Positions 26,701-35,909 of a stretch of DNA of 64,000 nt are shown here, piece after piece. The stretch lies in the NCBI GenBank assembly GCA_051362555.1, contig CM120641.1, positions 25,860,401-25,924,400 of the forward strand, read 5' to 3'. A program made the translations under genes and the position numbers. The stretch is from Lingula anatina. Its lineage: Eukaryota > Animalia > Brachiopoda. The stretch's first letter is position 1, and each line of letters starts with the position of its first letter. Under the pieces are notes generated by a model. That model worked only from the letters and a program-made list of their open reading frames with translations, had not been told where the DNA came from and ran no database searches.

Positions 26701-28557
26701 GAAAAGTAGGTCAAAGGTCAATTTCAAGGTCACAGTAAGATTGCCAGTATATGACTTCCTATTCAAGTTCAATAGTAACTATGGATTTATCTCTGCCAGT
26801 TTTGGAGATAAAAGGGAAGCAAAATTTGCAAAGTTCAATTCATGATAAAAAGTAGGTCAAAGGTCAATTTCAAGGTCACAGTAAGATTGCCAGTATATGA
26901 CTTCCTATTCAACTTCAACAGTAACTATGGACCTATCTCTGCCAGGTTTGGAGTTAAAAGAGAAAGAAATTAGCAGAGTTCAGTTCATGGTGAAATGTAG
27001 GTCAAAGGTCAATTTTAAGGTCACATTTAGATTGCCAGTATATGACTTCCTATTCAACTTCAATAGTAACTATGGACCTATCTCTGCTAGTTTTGGAGAT
27101 AAAAGGGAAGCAAAATTTGCAAAGTTCAGTTCATGGTGAAAAGTAGGTCAAAGGTCAATTTCAAGGTCACATTTAGATTGCCAGTATATGACTTCCTATT
27201 CAAGTTCAATAGAAACTATGGACCTATCTCTGCCAGTTTTGGAGATAAAAGGGAGGCAAAATTTGCAAAGTTCAGTTCATGGTGAAAAGTAGGTCAAAGG
27301 TCAATTTTAAGGTCATATTTAGATTGCCAGTATATGACTTCCTATTCAAGTTCAATAGTAACTATGGACCTATCTCTGCCAGTTTTGGAGATAAAAGGGA
27401 GGCAAAATTTGCAAAGTTCAGTTCATGGTGAAAAGTAGGTCAAAGGTCAATTTTAAGGTCATATTTAGATTGCCAGTATATGACTTCCTATTCAACTTCA
27501 ATAGTAACTATGGACGTATCTCTGCCAGTTTTGGAGATATAAGGGACTAAATGTTATAATTTCGGAGTTACCTTAATGTGCCATAAATTTCCTACAGAAA
27601 AAATTAATTAAAATAAAGAAAAGGTCATTTTGGTCAAAATTCTTGAAATGGGAGGTGCTCTGAAGTTCCAATAGTTCAAATTTGATGAAATAATGTCATT
27701 TTTGACCACAAGTTGTCTGCTTTGCCAAGCCTTATGTTTTATTTTTCCAGAGTTCAAAATTTATTATCCATTACCGTACTGCACATTTTGCTTTCACCAC
27801 CAATATGTACTTTTTGGTACAGCGTAACTCAAGAACCGTATGGAATACAAAAAAACGGAGACCACCTCCAGTGTTGGGCTTTACATGCTCTACAAAATGC
27901 AAAAAAGAATGGGTCTCTAGCATTAACGGTTCCCGAATTAGAGACAGTTTTCAGTTTCGGTATCTTATGGCCGCTACACCCGTGAAAATGCACCGATTGA
28001 CCCCAAATTCACACAGATGAAAGATGACCTGAAGGGTAACATTTTCCAATAATATTATTGGTTAAGTCTGTGTGGTGTCTGAATAACAGCGCACATAAAT
28101 TTTTTTTCGTAAAAAAATTCATTTTTTTGAAAAATTTTGCCCGTTTGACCTTGAAATAAAGGTCAAAGGTCAAATCCAAGGGCATATTTGAAATCTACAC
28201 ATATGACTTTTGGAAAGCCGTCTGTAGAAATTTTTCCCATAATTCCTTCCGTAGGGTAGATAATTAGCATTTAATTTTGCCATTTTTGGACAAGGGTGCA
28301 TTGCAATGAGTGCCACACCTAGACCCCAATACCGACAAAGCCCAAATTTTACGTGGAACGAGTTGAGATTATAGGTGACCTAAATCCAAGAGATGGGTAT
28401 GGGGGCCCTTACCGTCTAGGAGGAGAAGCGGTAACGGTAACATGGCGGCGGAGCCGGCGGAGCCGGCGGAGCCGGCGGAGCCGCAGGAGCCGGCGGAACG
28501 GACCGGACGGGACTAAAACCATGTGTACCGCCAGCGCTAACGCTGGTGGTACAATAA
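23795..28557. mobile_element. Helentron-associated non-autonomous element (HINE/DINE-1-like) carrying a satellite array
   Basis: The left end has a short hairpin (gaggcg-atac-cgcctc) and subterminal repeat attgtaccaccagc (23831). The right end has a (GGCGGAGCC)n microsatellite and a terminal hairpin gtaccgccagcg-ctaa-cgctggtggtac. Tandem repeats lie between. Confidence 0.75.
24000..27540. repeat. About 145-146-bp satellite, about 19 units in three blocks separated by copies of a 290-540-bp module
   Basis: taggtcaaaggtcaatttcaaggtcac...gattgccagtatatgacttcctattcaa recurs at 24011, 24155, 24301, 24446 etc. The module starting agggactaaatg occurs at about 25415, 26368 and 27542. Confidence 0.95.
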
Positions 28558-30477
28558 TAACACAAAGAAACAGTACAAAAGTTATCAATTTTAAGCACAC
28601 CAGTGAATATATATATCTTTTGACCATGGGCGTAACTAGGCATACGCACGGATGCACTGTGCGTACAATTTTTTGGCCAACCATGATATTATTTTATATA
28701 AATTTAGTGTTCACGGAATATAAAAGAAAATCCTCTGCTTATTAAAGTCACCTGTATGTACAAATCCTCTGTATCAATTGTATAGGCACCCCCCCCCCAC
28801 CCCCCGTAACCTTAACAATTCCTATCTTAATCGTCCATCTAACTGACACTTCCTTTACCTCTTCCTTTATCTCAGGTAAAAATCTGCCTGAGTGTTATTT
28901 TCAAAGAGCAGCTCCTGCAACCCTGGGGGCACTAGATAAAATCTGGACACCAGGTTTAAGAAGGAGCTAGAGAAACAAAGGAAGAATTTTTCCTGCAAAG
29001 CTTCAAAGAATTTTGACACGGACTTGACCTAGCTTACCCCTCCAAACTAACAGGGTGACATGGGCAATTTTTACAAACAAATAATTTAACTTAGATGTAT
29101 CAGAGCTCTGTCGTGTCGTACAATTGGTTGTTTTTTGGGAGCCATGCATCCACATGTAAGGTGAATGAAACCGTATGTTAGTTTAACTCAGAGGTGGATC
29201 CAGGATTATTCAAAAGGGGTTCCACATATGTGAAGCTAGCCTCCTTTTAAATAAATATACCGTTCTGGGTAATAAGAATATTGAAACTTTTTTAATTGCG
29301 AGAATATTTCTGACTAAATGATGATTTTATTATTAATGAAAATTAAGCTGCGATGTGTGGTACATATGCTGTAATTACGCTGTCCTTCATCTCTTGCGTT
29401 AGTCTACATTTTGCTGGGAATTTTAAAAATCTGTGCGTACAATTTTTAAAGGTCTGGTTACGCCCCTGTTTTTTGACCACTAACCTAATGGCCAAATGAA
29501 CAGATATACTAGGTCTGTACATAACCATGGTTATTTCATTTTAATTTACTTCAAAAGTATTTTTGCCAAACAAACAATTTTTCACCATTTCCCTAAATAA
29601 TTGTAATATCATAGCTTAAAAAGCAGTATATATATATGTATACAGCTTATGAATTATTAAGTTGCAATTATGGTTTGTGCCTGCACACGTAAGCATCACC
29701 TGCATCTCATTGTATTTAAAGTGTTTCAGGCAGGGTTATTTCTGAAAACAAAAAACAGACAGGTTGCATCATACACGGTAAGTTACCTACGTAGTTCTTC
29801 TTCAAAAGGCATTTTTTCAGTCATGTACATTTTTATCTTTTTTTAGAAAGATAGATAGATACTAGTACATGTAGTACATGTAGATAGTTGGGTAACTTAA
29901 GTTTGAAAAAAAGTCTGAATCTTTTCTATATCATTTTAGGCTAATAATAATATACATGTAAATTACAAAACTTGGTTGAGGTCTGCAAAAGTAACAATAT
30001 ATTGGCCAGAAACAAAAATCTATAATTGTTTTTAATCATATAATTTTATACCTTTTAGTGAATGTCAAATTAATGTACTCTAAGATGAAATTAACAGTTG
30101 CAACATTGTTTCCTTAGCTCTGATTGTTAATGTTATTGTTAATGATAAAATAACACAAAAATATTATATTGATTTTAAGCCTTAAATATATATTTTAAAA
30201 AAATGGCCAGAAGATTTGACATAAATAAGAGCAAGTACTTAAGAATACAATTATCAAGGTATATGTATCATGTGAAATAGAAAGGTAAAGATATAAACCA
30301 GGAGTGGCATTTTTGCAAAGACAGCAGCATAAATTTTTAATGAACCATGATATAATGACTGTATAATTAAGAATGTTCTTAAAGACTAAACCAAGTCTAA
30401 CTGTTCCTTATTGACTTCCATAACAAATTTCTGCCTGACAAAAAACAAGAACAGACTGGAGAAACTACAGTATAAGA

Positions 30478-30568
30478 ATGACAGCATCAAAGCAGTTGCT
30501 ACAATGGTGCCTATATGGTGTTATTGTGATAGTTTGTGTACTTCTTGGGCTTATGTGGAAACAGTCAG
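30478..30568 (+). CDS. Nested carbohydrate sulfotransferase, coding exon 1 (type II signal anchor MTASKQLLQWCLYGVIVIVCVLLGLMWKQS)
   Basis: Hydrophobic N-terminal segment, donor CAG|gtgaga, phase 1. Confidence 0.8.
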
Positions 30569-30840
30569 GTGAGATTTCTATACACCACCTCAAGACTTCA
30601 GTTGCGTTTCTTTATACTCTCTTTTCTCTTTCTCTCTCTCTCTTTGACACACGCCATCACACAGTCACATATGCACAATCATACATGTGGTGGCTCAAAA
30701 AAAAAAAAAAAAAAAAAAAAAGACTCATTTTAAAACTCAGTTACTTCAACAGTTTCATAGCTATTTCAATGAAATCTTAAGTATTTTAGGAAAATCATTA
30801 TTAATAAATGCTGAAAAATTTCAACACTCTAACTTTCTAA

Positions 30841-31059
30841 GGGTGCATTCCCAGAGATTTAGATCGATCCAGAGATTTAGATTTAGATCGACCTAACTCC
30901 CTGGGGGTTTCATGCTAAATTGCAGTCAGCCGAGCGGGCACCATAGTTAATAACCCCCTTTTAGTAGGTGGGACAGACGCTTAAGCCGGCTAAGCTGACA
31001 GGAATCTAGTGAGACTCCCCACAGGGATAGATCGATCTAAAATCTATGGGAATGGGGTC
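30841..31059. mobile_element. Tourist/Harbinger-like MITE family B with TAA TSD
   Basis: taa|gggtgcattcccagag...ctatgggaatggggtc|taa; homologous to 17400-17614. Confidence 0.8.
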
Positions 31060-31706
31060 TAAGTTTTGGAACGACGTAAAAAAAAAAAAAAAAAAAAAAC
31101 AGTCAAAAAATGCTATATTAGCCTACATGTATGTGACATCTGACAGGACCCAGTATCTGGCAGTTTTGATACCTTTCAGTCTGTTTTTGATTTGATGATA
31201 ATTATCATAACTGTCTCACTTTAAACACTGGACATTTTCAGGACTGACGAATGATAATGTATCAAAAATCTACGCAAAATTTCAATTCAAAAGCTTGTGA
31301 TCTGTTGACATAACTGAGCTTTGAAATAAGTAAGTTTTTTTAGACACCTTATTAAGATATACATATTTCAACAGTTAAACCAAAAGCAAAGGATCACTAA
31401 ATAATGAATCCATTTCTGGCGCAAGATAACCACATATTCTTGACACTTTAAATACTTTAAATGTGGTTGTGTTCAGTTTAATTCAAATGTGAAAAAAGAA
31501 AAAAACATTGCATGCTATGTAGATTGTTACTTCCTTTTTTCTTTTTTTTAAAGCAGTCTAAGCCAGGATTGGCCTTTATCAGAATGGGGAAAAACAATCA
31601 CATTTACTGTCTGCTGCACAACCTAAGCTGTCTTTTATTTCTCTCTTAGTCTTAAACACATTTTAGGTGTAATTGAGCAACCCTGTTTGTGTAATATCTC
31701 TTGCAG

Positions 31707-31753
31707 GTATCTTTCCCATGATTGGAAATGCAGCTTCTGTGAGAAGAGGATAT
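31707..31753 (+). CDS. Nested carbohydrate sulfotransferase, coding exon 2 (GIFPMIGNAASVRRGY)
   Basis: Acceptor ctcttgcag, donor gtaaga. Its 47 nt convert phase 1 to phase 0, joining exons 1 and 3 in frame. Confidence 0.75.
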
Positions 31754-31999
31754 GTAAGATCTCTCTTTCTCTCATATAATTTATACTAACAGCTTTCCTT
31801 TAAAACAGAATAAATTTCAACAATGTAATGAATATTGGTTGTGAATTTTTAGATATATCATTTTTCTAGACAGCTTGGGTTTGAATAATTCTACAAAACA
31901 ATTTTCTTTTGTTTTCTAAAAGTTTTCATTGTTTATTTGGAATTAAGGATGGCAAATAACTCCTTTTTCCTGTCACCTGATAATGCATTCTTCTTCTAG

Positions 32000-32815
32000 T
32001 CGCCACATGAATCCTGGTCAAGAGTTCCTGTCAATTGGCAGGAAGAGATGAAACGTCGTGTAAAACACATGGAAACCATCTGCCAAGAAACCAAACACTC
32101 CCTAGATGGCAGCACTGCCAGGGCAGCCTTTCCACCCAAGCTCTATGTGGATGACAAACACCGCTTACTCATGTGTGCCATGCCTAAAGTAGGCTGCTCC
32201 AATGGAAAGCTCATGCTAAATGCATTAACGGGAAACATTGATTTCAATTTCAGTATACGGAGTTCTTCTAAAGAGTACCTTCCTACCCTGAGTTGGTATT
32301 CACCCTTTGGAGCTAAATTACGACTGGCTACCTATTTAAAAGTTATTGTAGTGCGTCATCCACTGGAGCGCCTTGTTTCTGCCTACAGAGATAGACTGGT
32401 GAACATAAAAAGAAAAAATACGATGTTAATAGATGCTATTAAGAGGTTTGAAACTAGCCTGACGCGAGGACAAAAGCGTGTATCTTTTCAAGCTTTTATT
32501 AAGTATCTTATTTCTCTAGACCCCAACACTGATTATAACCACCATTGGGAAAACTATATCAGATTATGCGATCCATGTCGGATCCATTATGACGTCATTG
32601 CAAGACTGGAATCCCAAGGCACAGACTTAAATATGATTCTTAAGTTAATAGGCATGGATGACAAGTTGAGGTTTCCACAAAATAAACATCCTGCTTCTTC
32701 CTCTAAAGTCTGGAAGAACTATTTCACCAATATACCTCGAACCGATATCAGAAAAGTATGGCAGCATTATGAACTTGATGCTCGTATCTTTAATTTTACA
32801 CTTGACTGGTATTGA
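32000..32815 (+). CDS. Nested carbohydrate sulfotransferase (Sulfotransfer_2; CHST8-14/HNK-1ST family), catalytic exon 3
   Basis: Acceptor ttcttcttctag in frame with the 255-aa ORF. Motifs: 5'-PSB PKVGCSN, 3'-PB VRHPLERLVSAYRD, HW...LCDPCRIHYDVIARLES, and C-terminal YELDARIFNF. Confidence 0.93.
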   Translation, partial: SPHESWSRVPVNWQEEMKRRVKHMETICQETKHSLDGSTARAAFPPKLYVDDKHRLLMCAMPKVGCSNGKLMLNALTGNIDFNFSIRSSSKEYLPTLSWYSPFGAKLRLATYLKVIVVRHPLERLVSAYRDRLVNIKRKNTMLIDAIKRFETSLTRGQKRVSFQAFIKYLISLDPNTDYNHHWENYIRLCDPCRIHYDVIARLESQGTDLNMILKLIGMDDKLRFPQNKHPASSSKVWKNYFTNIPRTDIRKVWQHYELDARIFNFTLDWY

Positions 32816-33625
32816 TGTATAAACTGGAAAAAAATGTTCATGTTTCATGTAAGTCATCATAAAAACAAACATGATGCTTTTAACCCATGGGACCAGTTTC
32901 ACTTAATATATCCCTTTTAGTTTTTACCAACACTCGAATTTGCCAAACAGACACTTATATTTGATTAGGTCTAATGTTAAAAGGTCCAAGGATAATGTAC
33001 AGCACTGCTACTATTGCTGTTTGCTGGATACATGTAACTGCAATTTTTCTTATTGTGATGAAAATCATTCAAAAGAGCATGTGTATTCTCTCTTGTACCT
33101 ATTTTGTAATAATTTCTACTAAAGTCTACTACTTTGCCAAAACATGCCCAGACGTATATCTAACACATGCTTCTCTTTTTTACCAAATATTTTACTATTT
33201 GACTCTCTTTCTTTCATAAAACAGATTACCACTGCTTAAAAAATATAGGTTGAAGATATACCATGTAAATCCACATAAATGATCCGGGGAAATGGCCTAC
33301 ATGGTTCAATAAAGGGAAAAAAGTAAAAATGCTGATCTTTTCTTTGGTATGAATGTACCGATAGGTCACATCAAGTGATCAAGCCATTTTTGTGCAACAG
33401 TGACCATGAACTAAAGTTGAATCTTTTATTATGCATTAAATTGAATAAGAAAACCCCAGTGCCTAAACGTATATACACAGCATCAGAAATTGGTTTGAAA
33501 AATGCACTAAAAATGTTAACATTCTGCACTGTGTCTAATTTTCCTCTCCAAACACAAGTGCAACAGTGGCATATATAGCATGCTCAGCTGTAACTTTGAT
33601 TGGTTAGTGTTGTAAAACGGCCATT

Positions 33626-33855
33626 GGTCTACATGGTTCAACCCAACCCTGTGGGGATTCTCGCCGAGTGCAATCAGCTTAACACACCTCCTGGCTTTAG
33701 GTAGAATACAGAAAACTTGGTGACTATACAAAATTGTTGAAAATAAAAGTAGACCTGTCATTCAATTAAGATGATTGCACTAAGCGAGAATTCCTGCAGA
33801 GTTGGGTCAATTCAAGTAGACTGGGTCGACCTTATTTTCTTTCGTGAAAACTACA
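33626..33855. mobile_element. Inverted-repeat MITE remnant(s)
   Basis: 33626-33682 is an imperfect reverse complement of about 33766-33823. Confidence 0.55.
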
Positions 33856-33942
33856 TAAAAGACCCCCTGTTCTATACACTTGTCTGCTTATTCACTGCCC
33901 CCCCTTCCCCCCAGAATATGCATGTATATACAGTAGTCTTAC

Positions 33943-34084
33943 TTGATCTGTGCCTCCGCCTGCATATAGATAAACTCCCATTTGCGTGAAAACATTTTCT
34001 GTAATCGGGCTAAGTTCTCTGCTTCATAGTCAGCCAGTTCAAGTCGTTGTTTGTTTTGCATTGTTCTCTTACACAAATATACAG
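33943..34084 (-). CDS. RGS7: RGS7 coding exon 6 ([48 protein letters not shown])
   Basis: Acceptor ttccag, donor gtaaga, 142 nt; highly conserved DHEX sequence. Confidence 0.96.
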
Positions 34085-34455
34085 CTGGAAATGTAATGGA
34101 AAAATTATTAGGATCTTTCTGTACTGAAACATTTTAAAAGACATTTCATTCAGTTATTTTCACTTAAAAATAGGATAATTTCCATAACTGGTACTTGTAA
34201 ATGAACTTATTACTATTGCCTTTAGATAACACGTGTAACTAACACTGTCCAACTTTGCTGTATCAACAAGCAAAATGATCACTTTTACATTACTGGCAAT
34301 TTTATAACAATTATAGTATCAGAGCCTAACAACCAGTATCAGAACCTAACAACCAGAACCTAACAATTATACCTCTGGTATTTGTGTCCACATGGCACAA
34401 AGGAAAACAATCAAAAGCACATTTACAAGTGTATCACCAAATTATTGCTTCTCAC

Positions 34456-34507
34456 CATAATCTGTGTTTTCAGGCTCTCCACTTCTGGATGGCCAAAAAC
34501 ATGGAGT
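34456..34507 (-). CDS. RGS7: RGS7 coding exon 5 (TPCFWPSRSGEPENTDY)
   Basis: Acceptor tttttag, donor gtgaga, 52 nt. Confidence 0.95.
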
Positions 34508-34672
34508 CTAAAAAGTAAGAAATTGTATAAATCAGTGATGTGTCACATGCACCATCAGGTTGCAGTCATATATGTAACTCATATACTAGTATATAGGTAC
34601 ATGTATACAGAACATGTCCTTTTTACATATACATGTATGCTCTACATGTAAGTACGCTTGGAGTGATCACAA

Positions 34673-34775
<103 letters not shown>

Positions 34776-34949
34776 CATGCAAACAAATGCATACACACAC
34801 ACACACAATTCCACATTATCACACTCAATTAGTCACTGACAAACTTCAAATTACGTTGATCTGTAACCCAATTTATTGAAACCGTGAACACTTTGTTTTT
34901 CTTTTTAATATTGCAACATATCTCCATTCCAAAGAGAGAAGGAACTCAC

Positions 34950-35054
34950 TTGAAACCTGTAATATGTGTTGTCATTTTTCACTGATAGTATGTGATCATC
35001 AATAGGAAACATACCCATGGGATGCCATTAAGTTGGCCATGTGAAGAGCTTCAG
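34950..35054 (-). CDS. RGS7: RGS7 coding exon 4 (EALHMANLMASHGY / MFPIDDHILSVKNDNTYYRFQ) with an internal 2-nt frameshift
   Basis: Acceptor tttccag, donor gtgagt. It is 105 nt where 107 is needed (phase 1 to 0). The two halves match the DEP consensus in different frames. Confidence 0.9.
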
Positions 35055-35320
35055 CTGGAAAAGTATGACTAAATTATTATTAAAACACATACACATAATA
35101 AGATGATGATGATGATGATAATTAACAATGTATTACATTTTATATAACTGTGAAACATTTTTCAGCAACAAAAAAAGTAATAACTTGTAACTTTATGATT
35201 ATAAGCCAATTTGGTTCATAATTCTACAGAAGAATTAACTAAGTGTTTGAGAATAAACTAAAGTCATTTTTTCAAATTTATGGGTGTATTGAAAATTGCT
35301 TGAAATCATTCCCTTCTTTT

Positions 35321-35521
35321 CCCTTAGCAAAATGAAAAGTTTGCAACAATATTGCTGAAACAGTGCAGTAACATTGCTGCAAACTAAGAGTTTTTATGGC
35401 TGCTGCTTTACAGCTATATTGCAGCAGATTTGAAAGAAGGAATTGCAGTTTGCAGCAATACTGCAGCAAATTTGTTGCAAATTTGCTGCAAATTTGCAGC
35501 AGGCCTGATATTTTGCTAAAG
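35321..35521. mobile_element. Small MITE with internal tgcagcaa repeats
   Basis: Inverted ends cttagcaaaat ... attttgctaaag. Confidence 0.5.
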
Positions 35522-35858
35522 ATTATGCTGTATGTATCATACTACTGGGTGAAATGATTTCAAGTACGAATAGAGAGTATATAGAGTTCAATGCGCATAT
35601 AAATGCTACAACGTACCAGATGTGTTTCAGGGGGGCAAGATTCTATTAATATAAGTGTTTATCTTATCACCATTTTCAACAAAACCTTAACAGTTAACTT
35701 ACAAAACTCAGTAAATGTCTACTAAAAATCATCTGCAAATTAAAATGCAAACAATAATGCATATTTTGGAAGACAACCACACATTGTATGCAATGTAAGG
35801 TATTTAATTCAATGATGCTGGGGTGCACAAAAGAAACACATTTTTATCTTGTATTTAC

Positions 35859-35909
35859 TTTGGTCATCCACATCCAAGTTTCTCATCATCCAGCTAATGA
35901 GGTCAGCTC
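35859..35909 (-). CDS. RGS7: RGS7 coding exon 3 (GADLISWMMRNLDVDDQ)
   Basis: Acceptor cttcag, donor gtaaat, 51 nt; DEP G.D...W motif. Confidence 0.93.

Noticed and set aside
24345-27139. Repeated 80-134-aa ORFs (MTSYS...KFSSW)
   Set aside because: They arise from stop-poor frames of the 145-bp satellite. The monomer length is not a multiple of three and no domain is recognisable.
28353-28745. Protamine-like RRSRRSRRS ORF and the opposite-strand PAP/RRL ORFs
   Set aside because: They are produced by the 9-bp GGCGGAGCC microsatellite at the end of the HINE-like element.
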